From NCBI GenBank assembly GCA_041671325.1, contig JBAZBR010000002.1:73978-137977 (forward strand): DNA of 64,000 bases. Direction: 5' to 3'. Below, in pieces: positions 1 through 10,032 of the stretch. This stretch comes from Patescibacteria group bacterium (lineage in GTDB: Bacteria > Patescibacteriota > Patescibacteriia > PEXW01). The translations under genes and the position numbers were made by a program. Within the stretch, counting starts at the first letter, position 1. Each line of letters starts with the position of its first letter. The notes beneath the pieces were generated by a model, which ran no database searches, was not told the DNA's origin, and saw only the letters and a list, made by a program, of their open reading frames with translations.

Positions 1-1274
1 AAGGAGAAAAGCCCACAGGCCTTTTTGGCATACCGGTAGCCATAAAAGACAATCTTTGTCTTTTAGGTTCGAAGACTACTGCCGCTTCAAAAATCCTGGA
101 AAATTATGTCTCACCCTACACCGCTACTGCTGTTGAAAAATTATTAGGTGCGGGTGCTGTAATCTTGGGCAAAACTAATTTGGATGAATTTGCCATGGGT
201 TCTTCAACTGAGAATTCGGCTTATAAACCAACAAAGAATCCTTGGAACCTGGAAAGAGTTCCCGGCGGTTCTTCTGGCGGTTCAGCTGCGGCCGTGGCAA
301 GTCAGGAAGCCTTGGTTGCATTGGGCTCTGACACTGGCGGCTCTATCCGCCAGCCAGCCAGTTTTTGCGGACTCGTGGGCTTTAAACCAACCTATGGCCG
401 GGTTTCGCGTTATGGCTTGATTGCCCTGGCTTCTTCTTTAGATCAGATTGGTCCTTTTGCCAGGAACGTCAAAGATGCTTTTAAAGTTTATTCAACCATT
501 ACAGGTCCAGATCCCAATGATCGAACTACGGTTAAAGCACCGCTTTATGATGAAGAAATTTTAAATAAAGGTTTTAAAAATTTGAAAATCGGAATGTTAA
601 GAGACACCTTTATTGAAGGCATGGATGAAGAGGTAACCAAAAAAACCCAAGAAGCCATTAAACTCATGAAAGAAAATAGCGCGGAAATTGTGGAAATTGA
701 AGTGCCACGTGCCAAATTAAGCCTGGCGGTTTACTATATTATCGTCACCAGTGAAGTTTCCTCGAACCTGGCCAGGTATGATGGCATCCGTTACGGTTTG
801 GGCAAGGAATTCAAGGAAGCAGAAAACTTTTTTGACTATACCAAAAGGGTTAGGGCCCAGGGTTTGGGCTTAGAAGCCCAAAGGCGGATTTTATTGGGAA
901 CTTACACCTTGTCAAAAGGTTATGCGGATAAGTATTATCACAAAGCAATTTTGCTCCAAAAAGCCATTGCCAAAGATTTTGCGCAAGCCTTTAAAAAAGT
1001 TGATGTGATTTTTGGACCAACCTCGCCGACGGTAGCCTTTAAGCTTGGAGAAAAATTTGAAGACCCCTTGACCATGTATTTGTCGGATATTTTCACGGAT
1101 CCAGCGAATATCGCCAACCTGCCGGCAATTTCCCTGCCCATTGGCTTTGCCCACCAATTGCCAGTGGGCGGCCAGTTTATGGGGCCCAGATTCAGGGACG
1201 ATTTGGTTTTCCAAGCTGCGGCAGCTTATGAAAACCTCAGCGGGATCGCAAATTTAAGCGCCCCAAAAGTTTAA
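1..1274 (+). CDS. gatA: Asp/Glu-tRNA amidotransferase subunit A (5' end off window)
   Basis: Frame is open from the window edge (GIPVAIKDNLC...GKTNLDEFAMGSSTENS); amidase signature GGSSGGSAAAV, GSDTGGSIRQPAS; SSNLARYDG. Confidence 0.96.
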   Translation, partial: GEKPTGLFGIPVAIKDNLCLLGSKTTAASKILENYVSPYTATAVEKLLGAGAVILGKTNLDEFAMGSSTENSAYKPTKNPWNLERVPGGSSGGSAAAVASQEALVALGSDTGGSIRQPASFCGLVGFKPTYGRVSRYGLIALASSLDQIGPFARNVKDAFKVYSTITGPDPNDRTTVKAPLYDEEILNKGFKNLKIGMLRDTFIEGMDEEVTKKTQEAIKLMKENSAEIVEIEVPRAKLSLAVYYIIVTSEVSSNLARYDGIRYGLGKEFKEAENFFDYTKRVRAQGLGLEAQRRILLGTYTLSKGYADKYYHKAILLQKAIAKDFAQAFKKVDVIFGPTSPTVAFKLGEKFEDPLTMYLSDIFTDPANIANLPAISLPIGFAHQLPVGGQFMGPRFRDDLVFQAAAAYENLSGIANLSAPKV

Positions 1275-1335
1275 GAAATTTGCGGGAATGCCTTGAATTA
1301 TGATAAGTTTTAAGAGTTAGATTAACAAAACATTT

Positions 1336-1713
1336 ATGCCAAAAAGTAAATCCGTGGTTGTCTTGATTGAAGACGACCAAATGATCCGTGAAATGTACCA
1401 AGCCAAGTTTACCAAAGCTGGTTACGAGATCCATGATGCAGCAGATGGGGCTGCGGGTTTGGAACTAGTCAAAAAAATAAAACCCGATATTATCCTGTTG
1501 GATATCATCATGCCGAAAATGGATGGCTTCCAGGTCTTGAAGCAGCTGCGCGAAAATCCGGACTTTCAAAAAACCCCAATCGTCATGCTGACCAACCTTG
1601 GCCAAGAAGAAGACGTGAAAAAGGGCCAGGAGCTGGGTTCAACTGATTATTTCATAAAAACCAACTTTACTCCCTCGGCAATTGTTGATAAAGTCAAATC
1701 CCTTTTAAAATAA
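1336..1713 (+). CDS. Stand-alone response regulator receiver protein
   Basis: IEDD, LLDIIMPKMDG, MLTN, K; receiver domain only. Confidence 0.92.
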   Translation: MPKSKSVVVLIEDDQMIREMYQAKFTKAGYEIHDAADGAAGLELVKKIKPDIILLDIIMPKMDGFQVLKQLRENPDFQKTPIVMLTNLGQEEDVKKGQELGSTDYFIKTNFTPSAIVDKVKSLLK

Positions 1714-1731
1714 TTAATTTTTTGTAAAGAT

Positions 1732-2328
1732 ATGTCTACACCCCATCCACGCGAAGAGCGAACTTTAGTTTTGGTTAAGCCAGACGGTGTCAAGCGCGGT
1801 TTGATTGGCGAAATCATGCACCGCATTGAACAGCGCGGCCTGAAAATCATTGCTTTAAAAATGATTTGGGCAACCAAACCGGAAATGGACAAGCATTATC
1901 CAAAAGACGAGGCCTGGATCACCCGTTTAGGCGAAAAAACCAAAAAGACCTATGAAAAATACGGCTATGATTTGAAAGGTGAGCTGGGCACTGAAGACTT
2001 GTTGGAAATCGGCAAAATGGTGCGTTCTTGGCTTTTAGATTTTATGACCAGCGGGCCAGTGGTGAAAATGGTAGTCCAGGGCGTGCATGCCGTGGATATG
2101 ATCAGGAAAATAGCTGGGAATACCATGCCGTATTTGGCAGATATGGGTACGGTCAGGGGTGACTATTCCGTTGATTCAGCCGCCGCAGCCAATAAGGAAA
2201 AACGTTCAGTCCATAACATTATGCATGCTTCAGAAACCCCAGAAGAAGCCAAACATGAAATTGCTAACTGGTTTGTGGAAGAGGAAATTCATGCTTATAA
2301 ACGGATTGAAGAAGATATCCAGTTTTAA
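1732..2328 (+). CDS. ndk: Nucleoside diphosphate kinase
   Basis: ERTLVLVKPDGVKRGLIGEI, GTVRGDYS, NIMHAS. Confidence 0.95.
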   Translation: MSTPHPREERTLVLVKPDGVKRGLIGEIMHRIEQRGLKIIALKMIWATKPEMDKHYPKDEAWITRLGEKTKKTYEKYGYDLKGELGTEDLLEIGKMVRSWLLDFMTSGPVVKMVVQGVHAVDMIRKIAGNTMPYLADMGTVRGDYSVDSAAAANKEKRSVHNIMHASETPEEAKHEIANWFVEEEIHAYKRIEEDIQF

Positions 2329-2340
2329 ATAATAGATTCA

Positions 2341-2375
2341 AAAAAGCGCCATTCTCTCAAAAGTGGCGCTTTTTT
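2341..2375 (+). terminator. Intrinsic terminator after ndk
   Basis: AAAAAGCGCCA...TGGCGCTTTTTT hairpin with T-run. Confidence 0.7.
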
Positions 2376-2448
2376 AATTAGAAATGTAAGTTTAAAAAGG
2401 TTGAAATATTCTCAGGTTTTTTTCAGTATATAAGAGTATCTTATAAAT

Positions 2449-3123
2449 ATGCGTATTTTAGTCATTGAAGACGACCATAAAATTGCCAATGCTATTAAAA
2501 AGGGCTTGGAACAAGAACGCTTTGCCGTGGATGTTTCTTATGATGGTAGGGAAAAGTTGGGTTCAGTATTGCTGAATAAATATGATTTAATTATCTTGGA
2601 TCGGATGTTGCCTGGCACTGATGGTATCAAGATTTGCCAAATGTTAAGGCAGGAAAAGAACAACATTCCAATATTGATTTTGACGGCTAAGGATAAATTA
2701 CGAGATAAAATCGAAGGCTTAAATGCCGGAGCTGATGATTATTTAATTAAGCCTTTTGCTTTTGAGGAGCTTTTAGCCAGGGTTCGGGCTTTGTTAAGAC
2801 GGCCAGAAAAAGCCCTTGATAATATTTTGAAAATCAGTGATTTGGAGCTGAATCGATTGACCTTTGAAGTGAAAAGAAACGGAAGAAAAATTGAATTATC
2901 CAGTAAGGAATTTGCTTTATTGGAATATTTAATGAGGAATCCCGGCCGGATATTGACCAAAGATAATATAATTTCCCATGTTTGGGATTATGATGCGGAT
3001 ATTTTGCCAAATACCGTTGAGGTCTACATTGGCTATTTACGGAATAAAATTGATAAGCCCTTTCCTGACCTTCCGCAATTAATTAAAACCAGCCGAGGTT
3101 TTGGCTATAAGCTTGAAAATTGA
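2449..3123 (+). CDS. OmpR/PhoB-family response regulator
   Basis: Receiver plus winged helix (GADDYLIKPF, VEVYIGYLRNKI, RGFGY). Confidence 0.95.
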   Translation: MRILVIEDDHKIANAIKKGLEQERFAVDVSYDGREKLGSVLLNKYDLIILDRMLPGTDGIKICQMLRQEKNNIPILILTAKDKLRDKIEGLNAGADDYLIKPFAFEELLARVRALLRRPEKALDNILKISDLELNRLTFEVKRNGRKIELSSKEFALLEYLMRNPGRILTKDNIISHVWDYDADILPNTVEVYIGYLRNKIDKPFPDLPQLIKTSRGFGYKLEN

Positions 3124-3127
3124 AAAT

Positions 3128-4162
3128 ATGCATTTCTACAAGATGAAAATTAATTTAACTTATTTAAAGTTATCCTCATTTTACGTTTTGATTATCATGT
3201 TAATCAGCGCGTCTTTTAGTCTTGCGATTTTTAAAATATCATCAAATGAGCTAAATCGCGGTTTGGATCGGCAAGCTGGAGTATTTAGAGGTTTGCCACC
3301 AGGCAGCTTTTTAACAAACCCCTTCCAAGACATGGAAAATATTCGTATCCAACAATTGCACGAAAGCAACGATAAATTAAAGCTTAATTTATTATATTTT
3401 AACCTGTTAATTTTAGCCCTTTCTTCTGGTCTAAGTTATTTTTGGGCCAGACGAACCATGAGACCAATTGAAGAGGCTATGGAATCGCAAAACCGTTTTA
3501 CAGCTGATGCTTCACATGAATTGCGGACGCCTTTAACTGCCATGCGCACGGAAATTGAAGTCAATCTTCGTAATGGCGAACTCAGCTCTCACGAGGCTAA
3601 AAAGTTATTAGCTAGCAACTTAGAGGAAATCAGTAAGCTTGAGACCCTTTCCAGTGCACTTTTAAAACTTGCCAACCAAAATGGGCAAGTCAATTTTGAG
3701 TTTGGCAAGGTGTCTGTGGAAGAAGTTATTGCCGAAGCATATTCGAAGATTGAAAGTTTAGCCAAGAAAAAGTTAATTGAGTTTGAAAATAGCTTTCAGA
3801 ATTTATTTGTGAGGGGTGATAAAGCAGGATTAACTGAATTATTTATCATTTTATTAGATAACGCCATTAAATATAGTCAGGAAAAATCAAAAATTTTTAT
3901 TATAATAGAAGAGGAAAAAGACCAAGCAATAATCAAAATTAAAGACCAAGGTATTGGCATCAAGGCTTCTGATTTGCCATATATTTTTAACCGTTTTTAC
4001 CGAGCTGATACTTCGCGCTCAAAGAATAAAGTAGACGGTTATGGCCTAGGGCTTTCTATCGCTAAAAGAATTGCGGAAATGCATAAAGGAAAAATTTCAG
4101 TTGAGAGCCAGGTTGGCCAAGGTTCGACTTTTACCATAGAAATTCCTTTAGTACACAATTAA
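3128..4162 (+). CDS. Sensor histidine kinase (HisKA + HATPase)
   Basis: Two TM segments, DASHELRTPL, LLDNAIKYS, DQGIGI, GYGLGLSIA; start codon approximate. Confidence 0.94.
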   Translation: MHFYKMKINLTYLKLSSFYVLIIMLISASFSLAIFKISSNELNRGLDRQAGVFRGLPPGSFLTNPFQDMENIRIQQLHESNDKLKLNLLYFNLLILALSSGLSYFWARRTMRPIEEAMESQNRFTADASHELRTPLTAMRTEIEVNLRNGELSSHEAKKLLASNLEEISKLETLSSALLKLANQNGQVNFEFGKVSVEEVIAEAYSKIESLAKKKLIEFENSFQNLFVRGDKAGLTELFIILLDNAIKYSQEKSKIFIIIEEEKDQAIIKIKDQGIGIKASDLPYIFNRFYRADTSRSKNKVDGYGLGLSIAKRIAEMHKGKISVESQVGQGSTFTIEIPLVHN

Positions 4163-4225
4163 GCTTATTCTAAGCTAAAAGATTTAAAATTTAATTAGTA
4201 TTGAATTGTTAATTAGTATCAAAAT

Positions 4226-5557
4226 ATGAGTGTATTAAATCGGGGTATAAAAAACGCTTTTAGAAACAACATCCGAACAGCTTCAATAACTTTGATTTTG
4301 GGCATTGCTATTGCTTTAAGTTTAATCATGTTGTTATCTCTAAAAACCGTTCAAGCTAGGATTGAAAATGTGAAAAGCAGTATAGGGAATACAATCGCGG
4401 TTACGCCTGCCGGGATTCGTGGTTTTGAGGGTGGCGGAGAATTATTATCTAAAACAGACGTAGAAAATTTAGCTTCAATACCAAATATCAAGAAAATTTC
4501 ACAGACCCTAAGTGACCGTTTGGAAAGTCAAAATACCAATCTTAAGTCAGCTATTGAGGCCGGAACTTTTGGCAGGCGAATTCAGCAAGAAGCTAATGAT
4601 TTACCTGAACTCCCCAGGGAAATTACCATGCCAATCATGGTCACTGGCACAAATGATTTAACCTCAACTTCAAGTTTGAATGTCAGTAAATTAGACATCA
4701 CTTCTGGGTCCGTCTTTGATGTAAATACCGATCAAAATATTGCGCTTATAGGTACGGATTTAGCTACAAAGAACAACTTAAAAGTTGATTCTACTTTTAA
4801 AGCTTACAATAAAGACATCAAGGTCGTGGGTATTTTTGATGGGGGAAATACTTTTGCCAATGCAACCCTATTTATGCCTCTGAAAGCTCTACAAAATTTA
4901 ACTAGCCAAACTGACCAAATTTCTAACCTAATTGTCCAAACGGATTCGATTGAAAGCGTTGCCAGCGTTGAAACTGCCCTAAAGTCAAAATTGGGCGATA
5001 AAGTTGATATTGTCTCCCAACAAGATTCTTCCGTCCAAGCCATTGAACCTCTACAAAATATTAAAACCATTTCCACCTATAGCCTTATTGGCGCTTTGAT
5101 TGCTGGTTCAGTAATCATTTTTCTAGCTATGTTAATGATTGTCAGAGAAAGACGGAGAGAGATCGGGGTATTAAAAGCCATTGGCTCATCAAATATCAAA
5201 ATTGTTTCGCAGTTTACTGTCGAGGCAATGGTTTTAACCTTAATGAGCAGTGTTATAGGCGTGATTTTGGGTTTTATTTTCAGTAATCCAGTCTTGAATA
5301 TGTTGGTGACAAATAGTCAAAGCAATCCTACTTCAGTAAGCGCTTCAGGTCGTGGATTTGGCGGTGCCGTAATGAGGATAGGGGGAGGCGTAATGCCAGG
5401 AATCCAAAATACCCTAAGGGACATTCATGCGGTAGTTGGTTATGACATAATCCTTTATGGTTTACTAGCGGCGATTTTGATTGCCATAATTGGCAGCGCA
5501 ATTCCAGCCTTTTTTATCGCCAAAATCCGGCCAGCCGAAGTAATGCGTTCTGAATAA
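4226..5557 (+). CDS. ABC transporter permease, FtsX/MacB type
   Basis: Large periplasmic-type domain; ERRREIGVLKAIG; ends RPAEVMRSE. Confidence 0.92.
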   Translation: MSVLNRGIKNAFRNNIRTASITLILGIAIALSLIMLLSLKTVQARIENVKSSIGNTIAVTPAGIRGFEGGGELLSKTDVENLASIPNIKKISQTLSDRLESQNTNLKSAIEAGTFGRRIQQEANDLPELPREITMPIMVTGTNDLTSTSSLNVSKLDITSGSVFDVNTDQNIALIGTDLATKNNLKVDSTFKAYNKDIKVVGIFDGGNTFANATLFMPLKALQNLTSQTDQISNLIVQTDSIESVASVETALKSKLGDKVDIVSQQDSSVQAIEPLQNIKTISTYSLIGALIAGSVIIFLAMLMIVRERRREIGVLKAIGSSNIKIVSQFTVEAMVLTLMSSVIGVILGFIFSNPVLNMLVTNSQSNPTSVSASGRGFGGAVMRIGGGVMPGIQNTLRDIHAVVGYDIILYGLLAAILIAIIGSAIPAFFIAKIRPAEVMRSE

Positions 5558-5569
5558 TTAATTATCCAT

Positions 5570-6238
5570 ATGCTAAAAGTCAAAAATATTTCAAAAATTT
5601 TCCAAAGTGGCGATCGTCAAGTTAAGGCGGTGGCCGGAGTCAGTTTAGAGGTCCCGGGTGGAATTTTTTCTGTGATTATCGGCAAAAGCGGGAGCGGGAA
5701 AAGCACTCTACTTTCGTTGTTAGGTGCTTTGGATAAGCCAAGTTCTGGGGAAATAGAGGTAGAAGGAGAAAATATCACCAAAATGGGCGACCGGAAATTA
5801 ATTCAATACCGACGCGAAAAGATTGGTTTTATTTTTCAAAATTACAACCTAATTCCCAATTTAAGCGCTTTAGAAAACGTCATGTTACCAATGGAATTTT
5901 CCGGAATTGATCATAAACACCGGAAAAATCGTGCTGCTAAGTTGCTGGAGCAAGTCGGTATAACCAAGGATAAATTCCACCGTAAACCCAGCCGTTTATC
6001 CGGGGGTGAGCAGCAGCGAGTGGCCATAGCCCGGGCATTAGCAAACAAACCAAAGTTAATTTTAGCAGATGAGCCTACTGGTAATTTAGACAGCGCCACG
6101 GGTAAGATTATCGTTGGTTTACTCAAGCATTTGGCCCAAACCGAAGACGCCACAATTATTGCGGTTACCCACGATGATGGAATTGCGAATGAAGCAAAAC
6201 TTACTTTCCATTTAAAAGACGGTAAGTTAGCTGCTTAA
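5570..6238 (+). CDS. ABC transporter ATP-binding protein (LolD/MacB-like)
   Basis: [35 protein letters not shown]. Confidence 0.95.
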   Translation: MLKVKNISKIFQSGDRQVKAVAGVSLEVPGGIFSVIIGKSGSGKSTLLSLLGALDKPSSGEIEVEGENITKMGDRKLIQYRREKIGFIFQNYNLIPNLSALENVMLPMEFSGIDHKHRKNRAAKLLEQVGITKDKFHRKPSRLSGGEQQRVAIARALANKPKLILADEPTGNLDSATGKIIVGLLKHLAQTEDATIIAVTHDDGIANEAKLTFHLKDGKLAA

Positions 6239-6239
6239 T

Positions 6240-6316
6240 TGGTCGGGGTAGTGGGACTTGAACCCACGACCTCATGCACCCCATGCATGCGCGCTAGCCA
6301 ACTGCGCCATACCCCG
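6240..6316 (-). tRNA. tRNA-Pro(GGG)
   Basis: CGGGGTATGGCGCAGTTGGCTAGCGCG...CATGC-ATGGGGT-GCATG...GGTTCAAGTCC...CCCCGACCA cloverleaf with encoded CCA. Confidence 0.95.
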
Positions 6317-6352
6317 ATAATGGATACAGTTTAACAACTTTAAGAAAAATAA

Positions 6353-6383
6353 CAAAAGCACTGGGTTAACTCCAGTGCTTTTG
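6353..6383. terminator. Bidirectional hairpin terminator
   Basis: CAAAAGCACTGG-GTTAACT-CCAGTGCTTTTG. Confidence 0.65.
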
Positions 6384-6385
6384 AA

Positions 6386-6958
6386 TTAGCAATAACCTTT
6401 CAGTTTGGATGCCACGAAGGCCAAGGTGTCCCAAAGGCAAAAGGTTATAAAATGATCAAGTTGTTTTTGCGAGCCGCTACCGTATTCAGAAGGTGCTTTG
6501 ATGACATAAATCTTTATGCCAGTGTTTGCCCAGCGTTTCTTAAAAGTTGCCCTCACGCGGCGGGCGTGCCATTGCTGGGCAACAATAATTGCGCTATGCC
6601 AGCCATGTTCTTGGAGAATCTGTAGGGTCAAATCAGCGTTAAGGTAGGTCTGTTTGCTTTGAGTTTCCAAAAACACTTTTTCAGGATCCAAAACCTGTCT
6701 AGCAATCAGAGCATGCATTAACTCAGCTTCAGTTAAACCTTGATTTAAACGATAGCCTCCGCATAAAAGAATGTTTTTAGCTTTATCGTCGTTGAATATT
6801 TCCAAGGCTTTTTGCGCTACTGAAGCTGAATATGGACTGGCATTTTTGCCATCCTTGCTAACATCGATACCTACCGCAATTACCACATCAGCTTGGGCTG
6901 GCAAATCATCGTCTTTGGTAAGGAATTTTCCCTCAAAACATTTCCAAAATTTGTTCAA
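6386..6958 (-). CDS. YdcF/DUF218 family protein
   Basis: ILLCGG, TEAELM, ETQSKQTYLNA, QQWHARRV. Confidence 0.85.
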   Translation of the reverse strand: MNKFWKCFEGKFLTKDDDLPAQADVVIAVGIDVSKDGKNASPYSASVAQKALEIFNDDKAKNILLCGGYRLNQGLTEAELMHALIARQVLDPEKVFLETQSKQTYLNADLTLQILQEHGWHSAIIVAQQWHARRVRATFKKRWANTGIKIYVIKAPSEYGSGSQKQLDHFITFCLWDTLAFVASKLKGYC

Positions 6959-7071
6959 TTTTCAACCCCCATTTTAGTTTTTTGTTTTATAGAACTTTAT
7001 ATCAATATCCTAAAAAGTCAAGATATATCATTTTTGATTCTTTGGATTAATGGTGGATAAAACAATAGTTC

Positions 7072-7100
7072 TTGACATAAACAATAAACCATTCTAAGGT
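7072..7100 (+). promoter_or_regulatory. sigma70-type promoter
   Basis: TTGACA-17 bp-TAAGGT. Confidence 0.6.
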
Positions 7101-7158
7101 ATTGTATTAAAAATAAATGTAAAAAACCGAGACTTTAACAGTCAGTTTGGAGGTAAAA

Positions 7159-7536
7159 ATGGATATTGAGAATTTAAAAGAATTCTTTGCTGGAATTACT
7201 CTCAAGGAATCAAAGCAGGCAATGTCAGAACTTCATCGAAGATTGGACCAGATAATTGTGGAGTTAGTGAGTGCGCTACCCAAAGAGCTGCAGGATAAAT
7301 ACGGAAACTGGGATGCGGTATCTAATCTGGTGTACAATGGTGGCTGCGAATTTTGGATTTTTGAGGATGTCGGCTTGGATATTTCTCCAGCGACGAAGAA
7401 AGAATGGTTTCAAAAGGCTCGAATACTGTTACAACCAGTATTGGACGCCTGGCAACCATTCGGTATCAAGCTTGAAAAAATCAACTTTCTTCAAGCTAAC
7501 GATGGCCTGATTATTGCCCATTTGGTTGTGAAATAG
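7159..7536 (+). CDS. Hypothetical protein
   Basis: GGAGG SD before ATG, own promoter, followed by terminator hairpin 7562-7598. Confidence 0.7.
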   Translation: MDIENLKEFFAGITLKESKQAMSELHRRLDQIIVELVSALPKELQDKYGNWDAVSNLVYNGGCEFWIFEDVGLDISPATKKEWFQKARILLQPVLDAWQPFGIKLEKINFLQANDGLIIAHLVVK

Positions 7537-7704
7537 ACCAGTAGACAAAGAGCCTTTATATAAACCTGTTAGGAATGGATATTCTTAGCAGGTTTTTTAA
7601 TTTTGTATAAAAAAGCGACCAAGGTCGCCTTTACATCCTTATATTGTTTTTGTTAAGATGTTTTGAAAGTTCATTAACAAACCCTTTAACCTCGGGAGAA
7701 AACT

Positions 7705-8445
7705 GTGGAAGACAAGAAAGAAATTGAAAGTCCGCCTGGACGGTGCTTACTCACACGGGATAAGGCAATAGAGCATTGGAAGGCTGGCAATATCGTAATT
7801 TACCCCTACAATCTGCTCAACCACCAGACTACTTCCTATGACGCACGGCTTGGGAAATGGTATTTCCGGGAACAGCGTTTTCGAGGTTCCCGTGCCGTTT
7901 TAAATCCATTCAGCAAAGCCGACGTCGAGAAGTATTGGGGCGAAGCCCAACAGGCTGTCAGAGCGGCTGAGTGGATGGAAGAAAACGGCAAACTTGAAAA
8001 AATCCATCCAGATGACTTAATTATCGTGATTGGTCCGGGTGAGACAATTCTTGCTCATACCTTTGAATTCATTGGCGGACGCAACTGCGTTTCCACGGAA
8101 ATGCGAGCTAGAAGCTCCATTGGCCGAGTTGGTACGACAGTATGTAAATGCGCCGGTTGGGGCGACTTGGGTTATGTAAACCGCTGGACCATGGAAATGA
8201 CCAATCACTTGACTGAACTTTCAATTGTTTTGCCGGTCGGCATGCGTATAGCCCAAATGATTTTTTATCAGGTCGATCCAATTGAAGGGCTGACATACGC
8301 AACCGAAGGGGGGAAATATCAATCGACGGATGATGTCAAGGAAATGATTAGGTCTTGGAAACCAGAGGATATGATCCCCAAGTTATACAAGGATCGAGAC
8401 ATTGATCACTTTAGAGAGTACATTGACGTTCCTTTGCCAGAATAA
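7705..8445 (+). CDS. dcd: dCTP deaminase
   Basis: SYDARLG, ILAHTFEFIGG, ARSSIGR, GWGDLGY, WTMEM, GMRIAQMIF. Confidence 0.88.
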   Translation: MEDKKEIESPPGRCLLTRDKAIEHWKAGNIVIYPYNLLNHQTTSYDARLGKWYFREQRFRGSRAVLNPFSKADVEKYWGEAQQAVRAAEWMEENGKLEKIHPDDLIIVIGPGETILAHTFEFIGGRNCVSTEMRARSSIGRVGTTVCKCAGWGDLGYVNRWTMEMTNHLTELSIVLPVGMRIAQMIFYQVDPIEGLTYATEGGKYQSTDDVKEMIRSWKPEDMIPKLYKDRDIDHFREYIDVPLPE

Positions 8446-8455
8446 TCAGTAAATC

Positions 8456-8487
8456 AAAAAGGACGGGTCGAAATCCGCCCTTTTTTT
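8456..8487. terminator. Bidirectional terminator between dcd and Nudix gene
   Basis: AAAAAGGACGGG-TCGAAA-TCCGCCCTTTTTT. Confidence 0.7.
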
Positions 8488-8950
8488 AATTACTTTGACT
8501 TTTAATTTCATGTTTAAGAATAGTATCCTTATCCTTAAACAAAAATTTTCCTTCCACATTCTTACCTTCCAAAACTAAAGGTAACCAATATGGATCATCC
8601 GGCCACATATCAGTAAAGGGAATTTGGTTATGTTTGAACCATTGGGGTTTCATTTCCTCAGTTTCTTTAGGTTCGCCAAGATATTTATCACTACTAAACA
8701 AATGCACCTCCAAAATATCTGTTTGACCCTCGAATTCAAAAGTTAAGATACCTCGAAATTTTAAATCCAAAATTTGGATATTGGCTTCTTCAAACATTTC
8801 ACGCTTGGCCGCTTCCATAATTGTTTCACCAGGGCGGACCTTGCCGCCAAAACCATTCCAGCGATTAACACCAAAGCCGCGCTTCTTCATGCCCAAAAGG
8901 ATTTGATCGGGGCTATAGATCAAGCATAAGGTTTGTAGAATGGCGGCCAT
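8486..8950 (-). CDS. Nudix hydrolase, MTH1/8-oxo-dGTP diphosphatase-like
   Basis: LLGMKKRGFG, WNGFGGKV..GET..EAAKREMFEEA, EEMKPQWF, MWPDD. Confidence 0.9.
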   Translation of the reverse strand: MAAILQTLCLIYSPDQILLGMKKRGFGVNRWNGFGGKVRPGETIMEAAKREMFEEANIQILDLKFRGILTFEFEGQTDILEVHLFSSDKYLGEPKETEEMKPQWFKHNQIPFTDMWPDDPYWLPLVLEGKNVEGKFLFKDKDTILKHEIKSQSN

Positions 8951-8959
8951 ATTTAAAGA

Positions 8960-9145
8960 TTATTTTGCTTTGACCGCCTTTTTCATTTCATTCTTAATGC
9001 AGGAAGTGCAGGCCACAACTCTTTTGCCGTCTTTAAATAAGGTTTGCAAATTAATCTTTTGGCGTTTTATTGATTTTTTCTTGGAATAGCAGACTTGGTT
9101 TGCCTTTAACGAACCGCGGCCGCAAATGGAACAATTCTTTGTCAT
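8960..9145 (-). CDS. rpmB: 50S ribosomal protein L28
   Basis: CSICGR...KRQKINLQ...CTSCIK. Confidence 0.85.
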   Translation of the reverse strand: MTKNCSICGRGSLKANQVCYSKKKSIKRQKINLQTLFKDGKRVVACTSCIKNEMKKAVKAK

Positions 9146-9205
9146 AAGGTATGATATTAGTGTAGTGTAAGAAAAGTTAACATATAATTCTATTATTGAC
9201 AAGAT

Positions 9206-9841
9206 ATGCTCCCTCTTAATTATTTTATGTCTGGTCAGCCGCTTGAAGCCTTGGCGTCATTGCTGGCTATTATCATTGCCATTACCATCCATGAATTCAG
9301 CCATGCTTTTTCTTCCTTGCTCCAAGGCGATAGCACAGCAGAAATTGAAGGCCGAGTGACTTTAAATCCCGTCTCCCATGTGGACATTTGGGGTTTGTTG
9401 GCTTTAATTTTTCTGGGTTTTGGCTGGGGCAAGCCAGTGCCTTTTAATCCTTATAATTTGAAGTTTAAAAAATGGGGTCCGGCCTTAGTCTCTCTGGCTG
9501 GGCCATTTTCTAATTTACTGGGGGTAATTATATTTGGGCTTGCGCTTAGGCTGGTTTTGCAATTTGCGCATTTGCCGACCGATAACCTTTTAATCACCTT
9601 TTTATTCTTGTTGGTAATTTTCAATATTATCTTAATGCTTTTCAATTTATTGCCCATCCCGCCCCTTGACGGTTCCAAACTTTTGAATTTATTGCCCAAG
9701 CAATTTGATGGTTTAGTCCAGTTTTTCAACAAGTACGGTTTTGTAATCCTGATTGCCATAATTCTGTTCGGCCAGAAATATTTGGGCGCAATTTTTGGCT
9801 ATATTGAAAGGGGAATTTTGTCTTTAATCATCCCGGCATAA
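9206..9841 (+). CDS. Site-2 protease family (M50) membrane metalloprotease
   Basis: HEFSH, GWGKPVP, AGPFSN, FNLLPIPPLDG. Confidence 0.93.
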   Translation: MLPLNYFMSGQPLEALASLLAIIIAITIHEFSHAFSSLLQGDSTAEIEGRVTLNPVSHVDIWGLLALIFLGFGWGKPVPFNPYNLKFKKWGPALVSLAGPFSNLLGVIIFGLALRLVLQFAHLPTDNLLITFLFLLVIFNIILMLFNLLPIPPLDGSKLLNLLPKQFDGLVQFFNKYGFVILIAIILFGQKYLGAIFGYIERGILSLIIPA

Positions 9842-9862
9842 GCTAAACAGCTAAAAGAGTTG

Positions 9863-9973
9863 ACCCCGCACCACTTTCTAAAACAATCCAAATTTTTAAA
9901 TAAATAAAGAGATCAATTCTGGATAAGTATTCAATTAATAATAGGTAAATTTGTATGGAAAGTGGTGCGGGGT
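9863..9973. mobile_element. MITE-like element, copy 1
   Basis: 16-bp perfect terminal inverted repeats ACCCCGCACCACTTTC / GAAAGTGGTGCGGGGT around an AT-rich core; GTTGAC directly repeated at both junctions. Confidence 0.7.
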
Positions 9974-10001
9974 TGACAGGCGCGGGCTTCCGTGTTATTT
10001 T
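9973..10001 (+). promoter_or_regulatory. str operon promoter
   Basis: TTGACA-17 bp-TATTTT with TG extended -10. Confidence 0.6.
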
Positions 10002-10032
10002 TTCAATTACTGAAAACACTTTAATTCCCCAT

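Noticed and set aside
2330-6316. TCS/ABC block as an island integrated at tRNA-Pro
   Set aside because: No duplicated tRNA 3' end or integrase was found at the left boundary.
7050-7060. GTGGATAA DnaA-box-like site as a possible origin
   Set aside because: Single imperfect box with no cluster and no dnaA nearby.
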